A stretch of 35,580 nt of DNA from a virus (IMGVR_UViG_3300044681_000033:1-35580); one strand, 5' to 3'; counted from the first letter of the stretch, positions 25,149 to 33,750 are shown. A program made the numbers and translations. Notes: generated from the letters alone by a model not told the origin.

Positions 25149-25379
25149 TTAAAAAATCTTCCAGCGTTTCCCTTCCACCAGCTTGTTATCCGCAATGGAC
25201 TGGATTGACGCTATAAATTCATCTAGTACCCGCAGCTTTAGGTAGTTGACTTCCCTACCCTCCACATCTTCTTGGGTACTGTTAACAATGTTGCTAATAT
25301 ACAACGAGCGTTGTTTTTCCACAACACCTAAGAAAAACTCGTCTTGTAGGTAGGCTTGCGCCCGTTCTGCTTCGTTCAA
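25149..25379 (-). CDS. Small head-module protein
   Basis: Between portal and scaffold with ATGA overlap; A...L.DE.F...RE..Y pattern. Confidence 0.65.
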   Translation of the reverse strand: MNEAERAQAYLQDEFFLGVVEKQRSLYISNIVNSTQEDVEGREVNYLKLRVLDEFIASIQSIADNKLVEGKRWKIF

Positions 25380-27490
25380 ATTCTCTGCTCTCCAGGGATC
25401 TCGACATTGGCTGTGATCTCAGCACCGACCTTTGCGGCCTTCATCTGGGCTTCTGCTTGGAACTCCGCAACCTTCAACTGTAGGTTGGCTTCTGCCTTCT
25501 CACGCTCCAACTGGATACTTGCCGCAGCTTTCTCTCGTTGCAACGCAATATCGGCTTGAGCCTTCTGTTGCTCTAACTGGATGTCCGCTTGCAGTTTGGC
25601 TTGTGCGGCCTGAATCTGCGCCTGGACTTGAGCCATCATTGCCTGGGCCTGTGGATCGCCCTGCGCTCCAGCCTGTTGTTGCATCTGCTGGAGTTGTTCT
25701 GGAGATACTTCTCGGAAGAACTCTGCTGAATCCGCAAATCCAGCACTCTCGACAAATCTGCCAAGGACGGATCTATATTGTTCGATGCCAACCAGAGCTT
25801 GACCAATTCCAGGCGTTCCAAGTAATTGCTCCTGTTTCTGAAGAACCATAGAAAGCATAGCCAACTGCTGTTCTCTGCTTCCTGTTCCTAGTCCGACATT
25901 GATGTATACATCGTATTGAGACTTCCACTCACGGGGGTCTACGCTCACATATTTGCCCGCTAAACGCACAATACGCGCCTTATCTTGGTACTTACAGACG
26001 AGGTGCAACATACTTAAAAACAAATCTCTTACACCCGTTTCCGCAAAGGTACGAGCCACCAACTCGATCCTGCCAGCCGCAGCGTTCTGCATAGCCGCAA
26101 CAGCCGCTGCCGTGGTGTTTTGTAGGATGTTGGGGTCTAAACCTTGTGAGTTTGCCGTAATCCCTGTGCGCTTCTCTTGAATCCTGTCCAAGTATTCCAG
26201 CATGGGGAACGATTGACCCGCAACTGGGGGAACCGTAATCGGGGTAACTGCGTTTGCAGACTTAACCCGCACCACTCCACCTGGAGTGACGGTTAAAAGG
26301 TCGTCTAGGTTTACTGCGCCATCTATGGCAGTAACCCGCGCATTGTTGGTCAGATAGAGGTTGTCTAGGATCTGTCGGGTAATCGTGGACTTAATAAGCT
26401 GTAAGTCCATCGTCCTGTCAGCCAGCGAGTGACCAAAGAACTTGTGCGGCATGGGAATCGGGCAGATAGAGCAAAACGGCACATAGTCTATCTCTTCGTT
26501 ATCCAGAATCTCATTGCCCGCATAAAAGACCTTACGGAGTTCCGCAATCCCGTCATCATCAAAGTCTGTACGGATGTAGCACTCAAAGGTCTCAACCTCT
26601 TCCATGCTCTTATCTATAGCCGCAGACTGATCCATAGGCTGCTCGCCCTGGGTGTATCTGGCGACCCTCTCAGGCGTAAAGTCTAGGTCTTGGTAAGCGG
26701 GAAGGTTGTCCACCACATCTGCATCAAACCCCATCGCAATCAGTTCTGAACGGGTTGTGAGCTTCCTGTGGGCGCAGAAGGGTGTATCCGAAATGGTACG
26801 CGCCTTCTTGCTGATGATGAACTCTTCAGGAGGCACATTCTCAATCCTGACCTGACCAAACTTCTTAACCCGCTTAATCTTCACATCGTAGACATAGACT
26901 GGCTCAGTACGGGGAACAGGAGGAACCCCAGTCTGTTGGGCCATCATCATCTCTTCAGGGGTCGGGGGAACCTGCACCTCACCAACCTGACGCTGATCTT
27001 GCTCTACGACTTCTACAGTCTCATCCGCAAGCATGAGAGTAAGTTCTTCCTCTGTGAGGTTCTCGTACTCCTCAGAGTTGACCTGCTTCTCATCGTCCCA
27101 CCAGCATTTAACAATTCCGTTCTTCTGTAGCAGAGCGTCCTTGAACCAGATGTTCAGGATGGAGAAGCCAGGGTTGTCGCGGTAAAAGATGTAGTTCAGG
27201 TATTGCGTGATCTGTTTAGCGATTTCCTCATCGCCTGGGCCTTCTGGCTCCGCACGAACAATATCATCGCCTTGTGTGAAAACACGGAGCAGCGCAGGCA
27301 GAGCCGCATCCACAGCCTCGGCAACCTCACCCGTAACAATGGTGGAGCGACCCTCTACCTCGTTGCCATAGGGCGCACGATTGTAGTAATTGATCGCCTT
27401 CCTACGCTCTTCCGTAGTCTCTGTCTCGATATATCCAAGAGCATTGTCTATCTCGCTCTGGACTACCGTTTTTAACTTTAGATCATCCAT
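25376..27490 (-). CDS. Portal protein (podoviral type, Gln/Ala-rich C-terminal barrel)
   Basis: GNEVEGRS.IV, FKDALLQKNG, ENVPPEEF, PHKFFG.S.AD, RQILDNLYL.NN, NVGLGTG motifs. Confidence 0.92.
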   Translation of the reverse strand: MDDLKLKTVVQSEIDNALGYIETETTEERRKAINYYNRAPYGNEVEGRSTIVTGEVAEAVDAALPALLRVFTQGDDIVRAEPEGPGDEEIAKQITQYLNYIFYRDNPGFSILNIWFKDALLQKNGIVKCWWDDEKQVNSEEYENLTEEELTLMLADETVEVVEQDQRQVGEVQVPPTPEEMMMAQQTGVPPVPRTEPVYVYDVKIKRVKKFGQVRIENVPPEEFIISKKARTISDTPFCAHRKLTTRSELIAMGFDADVVDNLPAYQDLDFTPERVARYTQGEQPMDQSAAIDKSMEEVETFECYIRTDFDDDGIAELRKVFYAGNEILDNEEIDYVPFCSICPIPMPHKFFGHSLADRTMDLQLIKSTITRQILDNLYLTNNARVTAIDGAVNLDDLLTVTPGGVVRVKSANAVTPITVPPVAGQSFPMLEYLDRIQEKRTGITANSQGLDPNILQNTTAAAVAAMQNAAAGRIELVARTFAETGVRDLFLSMLHLVCKYQDKARIVRLAGKYVSVDPREWKSQYDVYINVGLGTGSREQQLAMLSMVLQKQEQLLGTPGIGQALVGIEQYRSVLGRFVESAGFADSAEFFREVSPEQLQQMQQQAGAQGDPQAQAMMAQVQAQIQAAQAKLQADIQLEQQKAQADIALQREKAAASIQLEREKAEANLQLKVAEFQAEAQMKAAKVGAEITANVEIPGEQRI

Positions 27491-28747
27491 TTACACAATC
27501 CAATTAGTTTTGATGTTTATGGGTTTATCCCAGGTAGAGTTTGTCTCTATGCCAAGCGCGAGGTAACGAAACGAGTCTGCACCGTGACTTGACCAGTCGT
27601 GAAGGGGACGAGCAAAGAAAACTTGTCGCTTCTCATCAAACTCCCTCCTGTAATTCCGCAGGCAGTCCAAACCCTGTTTTACCGCAGGTAGACTGAACCA
27701 GCACCTCGGCAAGAGCCTTCTAACGGCCTGTATGCCATCGTCTACATTTAGCCTAGCCACCACCGTACAATCTAAGCCAGCCTCTCTGAGGACTTCTAAA
27801 CGGCTTTTGCCTGTGGTTAGCTCTCTGACCTGCACATCGTGTGGAAGTAAGTGAGTGGCCTTATGCCAGTCTCTATGCGTTAACTCCCGCACATACCAAT
27901 CTAAACCCTGACCGTGGTTCTCAATATAGTCAACAAGCCTAACTTCCTGACCCGCGACTTGAGCAATCCATATTGCCGTAGAGTCGCCCATCCCCAGATC
28001 CCACGCCGCAAAGGTTTTGCAGAGGTCGTCCCTTGGGATTTCCTTATAGCGTTCTTCTGGGAGGTCGTTAAGAATCTGCCCGTAGTAAGAACCCTCAACC
28101 GCAGCGGAAAACGAACACTCAAACTCTTGAGCGTACTTATCATCCCCCATCTCTCGCTTTGCCGCCTCAAGCTCGGCTTGGTCAACGATGCCAGTCTGCG
28201 AAGCCTTAAACTCCAGTAATGACCACCCATCTTCCGTCTCGGCACGATCTCTTAGCTCTTTGAAATGGTTAGCACCCTTTGGGGTTCCGATAAATAACGC
28301 CCATCCCTGCCTATCCGTAAGCGCAGGTCTTATGATCTCGTTCCAGATCTTAGGGTTCATATCCCCTACTTCATCCAGAACCACACCGTCTAAATAGATG
28401 CCCCGCAAGCTGTCGGGATTGTCTGCACCGTAAAGTGAGATGCGCCTACCTAGAAAGTCCACCCGCAGTTCACTAATGTTGACCTTGGGTTCTAAAGGCC
28501 TCGTGTAATGCGTTAAGTAATCCCAGGCGACTCTCTTGGCTTGCGTGAATGTGGGCGCGATGTAGGCATAGCGAGGATTCTCCCGTCCGCACAGCACCGA
28601 AGCCTTAATAAGCTGGTTGATTGCCGAAACTGTCTTGCCAAACCTTCTATGGCAGACTGCAACTGAAAATCTGTGAGTATCAACTGCCTCATGGATCGCA
28701 AGCTGTTTCTCCCTCGGCTTGTAAGGAATCGTGACTACTTTATCCAT
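27491..28747 (-). CDS. terL: Terminase large subunit
   Basis: Walker A HRRFGKT, Walker B VVLDE, GTPKG coupling motif, nuclease WDLG...D and SHGADSFRY. Confidence 0.95.
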   Translation of the reverse strand: MDKVVTIPYKPREKQLAIHEAVDTHRFSVAVCHRRFGKTVSAINQLIKASVLCGRENPRYAYIAPTFTQAKRVAWDYLTHYTRPLEPKVNISELRVDFLGRRISLYGADNPDSLRGIYLDGVVLDEVGDMNPKIWNEIIRPALTDRQGWALFIGTPKGANHFKELRDRAETEDGWSLLEFKASQTGIVDQAELEAAKREMGDDKYAQEFECSFSAAVEGSYYGQILNDLPEERYKEIPRDDLCKTFAAWDLGMGDSTAIWIAQVAGQEVRLVDYIENHGQGLDWYVRELTHRDWHKATHLLPHDVQVRELTTGKSRLEVLREAGLDCTVVARLNVDDGIQAVRRLLPRCWFSLPAVKQGLDCLRNYRREFDEKRQVFFARPLHDWSSHGADSFRYLALGIETNSTWDKPINIKTNWIV

Positions 28748-29022
28748 CCAACCCCAATGTTGAGAGGCTGATCTGGGTCGCCCACCACCTTCTGCTCTAT
28801 CGGAGCCAGCCTAGAGTAGAACCTGTAAAACTCTGTCTGATTCTTGGGGTCTGACTTTGCCCAGTTGACCATCTCTTCTAGTCCACCTAGCTCATCAAAG
28901 ACCGCAACGATGTTCTCTTTTACTTGCTTGGGGATCTTATTAGTCGCCCCTTTGGGTCTACCTGCTCCTGCTCTGGAGCCGCCCCAACTTGATTTTGCTT
29001 CCTCTAAATTTTCATGTTCCAT
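28735..29022 (-). CDS. terS: Terminase small subunit
   Basis: GG.R.GAGRPKG..NK DNA-binding motif; overlaps the terL start. Confidence 0.8.
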   Translation of the reverse strand: MEHENLEEAKSSWGGSRAGAGRPKGATNKIPKQVKENIVAVFDELGGLEEMVNWAKSDPKNQTEFYRFYSRLAPIEQKVVGDPDQPLNIGVGWIK

Positions 29023-29052
29023 TTGTCGAATCCTCTACGGGGTGTTCGTGAT

Positions 29053-29068
29053 GTTGCTATATTACAAC
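29053..29068. promoter_or_regulatory. GTTG-N8-CAAC operator upstream of terS
   Basis: gttgctatattacaac; same palindrome as 3274-3289 and 5868-5883. Confidence 0.55.
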
Positions 29069-29071
29069 AGT

Positions 29072-30349
29072 TTATTTCGGACTGTATAACCAGTAAGTTG
29101 GTGAATACTTCCTAAAGCTACTTCCTGGTACTGTTTCGCCCGCAATCGGTTCTTGCTTCTGAAACCCTAAACGCTCATAAAAACTTACCAGTCTTTCAGG
29201 GTCTACATTCTTAGCAATGTTGGGATCTGGGATAAGTCTGATCTGCTTGCCAGTCTGATCCGCATAATCTATTAAGTCTTGCATAGCTTCTGTGCCTAGA
29301 CCCTTACCCCTTTTTGGTACTTTTATCAGGCCAACATCTATAAGGTTGCCAGACTCAGATACTTGTAAATCTATATTCTTACTTTGTGCTTTTTCAACAA
29401 TCGACTGTAGATTTACACTCTGTGCTGGTTGGTCTAGGAGGCCAGCCATTTGCTCATCACTTAGTGCAGACCGAATGTTTTGCTTATCAAAAGCCACATA
29501 AATGTCAGATGGTTCTAATGCCTCATCTGTTGAGAACCTACCCGCAGGGCCGTGATCCACAACATTCCTAACAACAAGACCGTCATACCCTTGTTGCTTT
29601 GCATACCGCGCAAGATCGTCTGTAGAGGCGTAGTCGTCTACATACCGCAACTCATCGCCAAAAATCCTACCTAGCGTAGTTTGTTTAGCATCAGGCAAGT
29701 CCACCTTTGCCTTCTTGTTTAACCTATTCCAGTTTGCACCTTGAGCATCTACAACCATTGGCCTCTTGAAGTCTAAGTAGGCAGGGATAACATTAGGAGA
29801 CTCACCAAGAGCGTAAGTTGACGCTGTATATGGGTTGGAAGAAAAGAAAGTGCCACTACCCGCAGATTTGCCAGAAGCCATCGTAGGATCTAACTGGTCA
29901 ATCTCTTTGCCTGTGGCGTGATACGCAACAATGGGCTTATTGGTGTCTGATACCACCTTAGTCTCAGGTAACACCCTAGCCGCAATCTCTGGGCTAATAG
30001 CACCCGTAGGAGGTTCTGTCTGTATCTGCCGCACTAAGTCCTGTATGCCCCTAGATGTCGGTCTAGCCGCAGGCGCACCAAAAGGAATCATCCCCGCTAT
30101 GTCTGCTAGGTATTCCCTGTCCGCAGTAATGGGGATGTTGGACTGCATGGGCATCCTAAACAGAGGATCACCATAAGACATCTTCTCTACTGTTTCCGCA
30201 GAGGGAAGCATAAGCTGGCGAACCAGACCCATAACATCTAACTGGCGAGGCAAGAACTCTGGAGCCGCAATGTCGCCCTCTGTAGCCCGTAGCATATTCG
30301 CTAACTGGCCTAAGAGCCTATTCTGTTGCGGTGCGGTAAGTTCAGCCAT
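29072..30349 (-). CDS. Polyvalent-type protein: ART-PolyVal-like ADP-ribosyltransferase domain plus C-terminal GNAT domain
   Basis: AYHAT, G.FFS....AS.YA, V.PAYL....P, GYDGL...N, YVAFD..NIRS (ART-like); RGKGLGTEAMQDL...AD and LVSFYERLGF (GNAT). Confidence 0.75.
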   Translation of the reverse strand: MAELTAPQQNRLLGQLANMLRATEGDIAAPEFLPRQLDVMGLVRQLMLPSAETVEKMSYGDPLFRMPMQSNIPITADREYLADIAGMIPFGAPAARPTSRGIQDLVRQIQTEPPTGAISPEIAARVLPETKVVSDTNKPIVAYHATGKEIDQLDPTMASGKSAGSGTFFSSNPYTASTYALGESPNVIPAYLDFKRPMVVDAQGANWNRLNKKAKVDLPDAKQTTLGRIFGDELRYVDDYASTDDLARYAKQQGYDGLVVRNVVDHGPAGRFSTDEALEPSDIYVAFDKQNIRSALSDEQMAGLLDQPAQSVNLQSIVEKAQSKNIDLQVSESGNLIDVGLIKVPKRGKGLGTEAMQDLIDYADQTGKQIRLIPDPNIAKNVDPERLVSFYERLGFQKQEPIAGETVPGSSFRKYSPTYWLYSPK

Positions 30350-30884
30350 TTCCTTTTACCAAAATAACAGACATGGAATCTACAGCCCTCGGGGTGTAAG
30401 GTAACGCCTCCGCAGGGACATCCATGTCAGGGTTTGCGTTGAAGACAAGCTCTTTCATGTAGAACCTGTCCTTCCAATTGAGATACCAATGCCAGTCCGT
30501 ATAGTAGAGCCAGCTTCGTTCATTAAATGCCCGCACATGAGTGGGGTCTTGCCACGCACCAAAACTGAGGTCATACGGCACATGGATGTGAAACTCGCCA
30601 CCATCCCGCAGTAAATCCTTGCAGTTGGTCATCGCCTTGACTAAGTCGGGAATATGCTCCAGAACATCGTTGGCAATGATCTGGTCGAACATCCCGCGCT
30701 CTACTGTAAATATACCCAGTCTCGTGTTGAGCTTTTCACCCCAAGGTACATTCTGAATGTCTAGCACCCAGTCTGGGTTCTTCTCTGGCTGGATGTCCGC
30801 ATTGAGACAATCCTTGCGCCAGTCTTTACCAGACCCGAGGTTAAGAATCTTTGGGCTTGTATCGTGCTTTGAGTCTTGCGCCAA
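30342..30884 (-). CDS. Class I SAM-dependent methyltransferase (small-molecule/glycan type)
   Basis: ILNLGSG motif I, NAD, DVLEHI, LL..GG...I.VP, DPTH.R.F; start codon uncertain. Confidence 0.85.
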   Translation of the reverse strand: MAQDSKHDTSPKILNLGSGKDWRKDCLNADIQPEKNPDWVLDIQNVPWGEKLNTRLGIFTVERGMFDQIIANDVLEHIPDLVKAMTNCKDLLRDGGEFHIHVPYDLSFGAWQDPTHVRAFNERSWLYYTDWHWYLNWKDRFYMKELVFNANPDMDVPAEALPYTPRAVDSMSVILVKGNG

Positions 30885-31185
30885 GGGCTTTTAGCTCTCT
30901 GAGGTCGTCTTGGTTCTGGGGAACTTTTGCTGCCCACCTTTTGAATTGGAGAGCCGCTGGCGTTGGTTCGCCCTTATCGTTTTTGAGTGGATGGCCCGCT
31001 GTGATCGCTTGCGCGGCCTTTCGGTAGATGAATTTGGCTCTATCGTACTTGTCAGCGGTACTTGCATTTTTGGTGCTACGAACTGGCTTACGGACTGAGC
31101 CACCCTCGCGATTGTGTTCAGCCATCGCAGATGTAGTCTTACGATCATACTTCTCAAAGATTTTAGCTGCATCTCGTACCTTCAT
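30841..31185 (-). CDS. Basic hypothetical protein
   Basis: K/R-rich ORF, PLKNDKGEPTPAAL..KRW motif; ATGA overlap with the upstream gene. Confidence 0.65.
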   Translation of the reverse strand: MKVRDAAKIFEKYDRKTTSAMAEHNREGGSVRKPVRSTKNASTADKYDRAKFIYRKAAQAITAGHPLKNDKGEPTPAALQFKRWAAKVPQNQDDLRELKALGARLKARYKPKDS

Positions 31186-31343
31186 TTTTTCTTCTTCTTT
31201 TTCTCAGGTAGCCCTTTCATCGAACCCATGTCCGCAGTAAATTCTTTGGCTACTTTCTGAGAAATACCAGTTTCCTTGGCTAACTTAGGATTGTTGGCAA
31301 CCGCATACATCAGCCTTGCTTGGCTACGACTGGTGGGAGGCAT
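31182..31343 (-). CDS. Small basic protein (53 aa), not in ORF track
   Basis: MPPTSRSQARLMYAVANNPKLAKETGISQKVAKEFTADMGSMKGLPEKKKKKK; ATGA coupling to the next gene. Confidence 0.7.
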   Translation of the reverse strand: MPPTSRSQARLMYAVANNPKLAKETGISQKVAKEFTADMGSMKGLPEKKKKKK

Positions 31344-31521
31344 TTTTTAACCTTTCCTTGACTTGTAGGCATTGGCCCGCAACCGTTGTCTCAGGGTGCG
31401 AGTCGATAATCTCTATGACTTTTGCAACCGCCTGAATACAGTCTTTCTGGCTGTTATATGCGGCATCCGTCCAGAATTGACAAGAACCAGTCGCGCAGAA
31501 AAACACGACTGGCAGCCACAC
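31324..31521 (-). CDS. Small Cys-containing, possibly exported protein (65 aa)
   Basis: GTG at 31521 overlapping the upstream TAG; MWLPVVFFCATGSC...C...QC pattern. Confidence 0.55.
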   Translation of the reverse strand: MWLPVVFFCATGSCQFWTDAAYNSQKDCIQAVAKVIEIIDSHPETTVAGQCLQVKERLKNASHQS

Positions 31522-31853
31522 TATTCTTCTTCTTCCATCGAGTCCCAAGCATCGCAGACATTCTTTTCCGCACACTTGAACTCAAAGATGTCGCAGAACA
31601 CTTCGCCTTTCTTAAGGCCGCAACCCTTCAGCTTCATGCCGTATTCACAGTTGCCGCACATCTTTTCATCTTCCGCAGGGCCATAGCTTGCGGTAAGGAT
31701 AGCTTTCTGTTTGTTGCCCTTGTTGACAATCTCATCCTGTGCCGCAAGTGGACACTCGGACATATCATCCTCTAACAGGGAATCAGCTTCTTTACCCATC
31801 TGCTTACCTGGGCCAAGTAAGCCAATCATTACGGTAATGCCTTTGTCCTTCAC
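31521..31853 (-). CDS. Cys-rich putative metal/Fe-S-binding protein
   Basis: CGNC...C...FCDIFEFKC.....CDAW; GTGA overlap with the upstream micropeptide. Confidence 0.65.
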   Translation of the reverse strand: MKDKGITVMIGLLGPGKQMGKEADSLLEDDMSECPLAAQDEIVNKGNKQKAILTASYGPAEDEKMCGNCEYGMKLKGCGLKKGEVFCDIFEFKCAEKNVCDAWDSMEEEE

Positions 31854-31900
31854 TTCTTCTTACCTTTCCCAGGCATGGGCTTTTTCTTTTTGCCGTACAT
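31850..31900 (-). CDS. 16-aa Lys-rich micropeptide
   Basis: TAAGGAG RBS 6 nt before ATG; MYGKKKKPMPGKGKKK; its stop overlaps the next start (GTGA). Confidence 0.6.
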   Translation of the reverse strand: MYGKKKKPMPGKGKKK

Positions 31901-31947
31901 GGTTGGCTCCTTACGAAATTTTAGGGTAGACTTCCCCGCCTTTTAGT

Positions 31948-32292
31948 CTAGTCGTTTTTCAACTTTCTCGCAACCATTTCGTGCGCTTTTTGAAGCTCGG
32001 ATTTGTACCTGTCTGTGCTGATCCTGAGACGCTGTGCAATGCTGTGTTCAGAATGGTAGGGATACTGGACATAGGCGGCCTTGAGTACGATTCTCGAAAA
32101 ACTAGGAAGATTTCTGACAATTTCCTCCACCCTTTCCGCAGCCAAGGCATCAGGCTCGTATCTAGCTTCCTGTCCTTCCCAGATTTCCTCGGAAACATAA
32201 TTACCCTCCGCAGATGCGGCTTTATCTTGCACAGGTGGGCCAACATACCCTGCCAGCCACCAACTCCAGTTCTTTAACTCGTCTTGAACCAT
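31948..32292 (-). CDS. Q-like late antiterminator/activator
   Basis: L.NW..W N-terminus, VE..V..LP...R.VLK..Y and C-terminal HTH (IAQRLRIS...Y..EL); sits just before the late/packaging genes; ATG at 32292. Confidence 0.6.
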   Translation of the reverse strand: MVQDELKNWSWWLAGYVGPPVQDKAASAEGNYVSEEIWEGQEARYEPDALAAERVEEIVRNLPSFSRIVLKAAYVQYPYHSEHSIAQRLRISTDRYKSELQKAHEMVARKLKND

Positions 32293-32957
32293 GTTGCCGC
32301 AAGTTCTGGTCTGTTGGCTTGTATCCAAGGCTTCGCGTCCTCTATGCATTGCTTAAAGTCTGACCCGCAGGTCTGGCTCCCGACATGGTGGACATACGAT
32401 CTGGAAATATAGTGCTTGCCACCCGTAGACTGTAAGTCGAGGCATTGAATATCGTCTGAAAACCAGTTCAAGGGAGGGAAATTTATCCAAGCGTTCTTGG
32501 TTATGTGAGCGAATATCGGGGCTATGACATCCACCTCAATAATGGAATCTTCTGAGGCATGGCGTATGGTTCCATTCCTGTCTCCGTCTTGTTGATAGCG
32601 GATGTTCTGCATCCCCCTGGCGTAGTCAGATCGAGCAGCAACCCAACAACGGTTTTTCTCTGGGATGATCTTCAGGTCTTCAGCCATCATCTGCCAGGTG
32701 TAAGGCGTAAGAACTACATCATCGTTACAGACAATAATGTCCTCGTGACCATCCTCAAAAGCCTGTAATGCCACAGCATTGTAGGCATCCCCAAAGTTGT
32801 CCGCAGTATTATCACTTGTGATAGTCCTATGTTTGGGCATGATCATGCCCGAACCTGAGATATAGACTGTAAAAAACTCAGGTAAGTAAAAGGTTATGCT
32901 TGCCGCAAGCATTGGTAAGCATTTGCTGTTCTTTGTGGCTATGACTATCGCGGACAT
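32274..32957 (-). CDS. Glycosyltransferase, GT-A fold (GT2-like)
   Basis: NFG.AYN, IVCNDDV, WFSDD..C, YVHHVGSQT motifs. Confidence 0.8.
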   Translation of the reverse strand: MSAIVIATKNSKCLPMLAASITFYLPEFFTVYISGSGMIMPKHRTITSDNTADNFGDAYNAVALQAFEDGHEDIIVCNDDVVLTPYTWQMMAEDLKIIPEKNRCWVAARSDYARGMQNIRYQQDGDRNGTIRHASEDSIIEVDVIAPIFAHITKNAWINFPPLNWFSDDIQCLDLQSTGGKHYISRSYVHHVGSQTCGSDFKQCIEDAKPWIQANRPELAATWFKTS

Positions 32958-33559
32958 ATTTTGTAGCCCTCCCCTCTGTGGCCTGTGTTTAGCTGAACCA
33001 TGTTGCTAGGAAACGAGCAAGGCAGGTCGTAAATGGTCTCTTTATGCTTCCACAGGACATAGGGAAGCGAAATCTGGTCTTGGAATGACCACTTGTTGAT
33101 TTCTGTCCACCAGTCCTCGTTTATCTCTTTACCCCACCGTGACCGCGCAATCATCGTGCAGGCATATAACCCAAAGTTCTCTGGAAAGCCCTCAGAACGG
33201 TAGTGAGCCATCTGCTCTCGTGTCGGGCAGTTGTAATACTTCTTCATGTCCTGGGCGAACTCAGCCTCTTTATAGGCGCATTGCCTGTTGGGATGTCGGA
33301 ATATCGCCCACTTGTCTTTAGCCGCATCCACGCACCATTTGGCAAAGTGAGGCGACTTGATACGAACAGATGAGTCTATCCAGATGGTGTAGTCGTAGTC
33401 TTCAGACGGATGGAGCTTGTACCATTTGGCCTCCAACATCGAACTCATGCCAAACTGGGGTTCCTCGTAATACTTAAAGTCTACGGGAATGCTCTGCTCT
33501 GTATGGGCATGGCGATGGTCATACCCGCCCACATTTGCGGAATAGATTAATACCGACAT
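32945..33559 (-). CDS. DUF616 (TOD1/MUCI70-like) glycosyltransferase-domain protein
   Basis: IYSA..GGYD, K..K..P, IWIDSS, F.HP.R.C.Y.EA, WW.EI....QDQISLPYVLWK motifs. Confidence 0.8.
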   Translation of the reverse strand: MSVLIYSANVGGYDHRHAHTEQSIPVDFKYYEEPQFGMSSMLEAKWYKLHPSEDYDYTIWIDSSVRIKSPHFAKWCVDAAKDKWAIFRHPNRQCAYKEAEFAQDMKKYYNCPTREQMAHYRSEGFPENFGLYACTMIARSRWGKEINEDWWTEINKWSFQDQISLPYVLWKHKETIYDLPCSFPSNMVQLNTGHRGEGYKICPR

Positions 33560-33750
33560 AAATAGAAGTATTCCTGCTTCGGGCCTTTTCCTGTGCGGTC
33601 TTTCTTCTCTCGGTTTACATATCCCCTGTTCCAGCAGTAAAGCAGCGTGACTTTTACCAACTGTTTAGGCATCTCAAGTAGGGTCGCAATCTCGGTTGCG
33701 CTTCTGGCCTGATCTCTACAGGCGTTCATAACTCGGTCTTTGTTGCTCAT
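33547..33750 (-). CDS. Small winged-helix DNA-binding protein
   Basis: SATEIATLL...V...L......GYV.R....G.GP...Y.Y pattern; GGAG RBS. Confidence 0.7.
   Translation of the reverse strand: MSNKDRVMNACRDQARSATEIATLLEMPKQLVKVTLLYCWNRGYVNREKKDRTGKGPKQEYFYLCRY

Noticed and set aside
30342-30884. DNA methyltransferase explaining the CCGCA enrichment
   Set aside because: Lacks the DPPY/NPPY or PC catalytic motifs; looks like a small-molecule/glycan methyltransferase.
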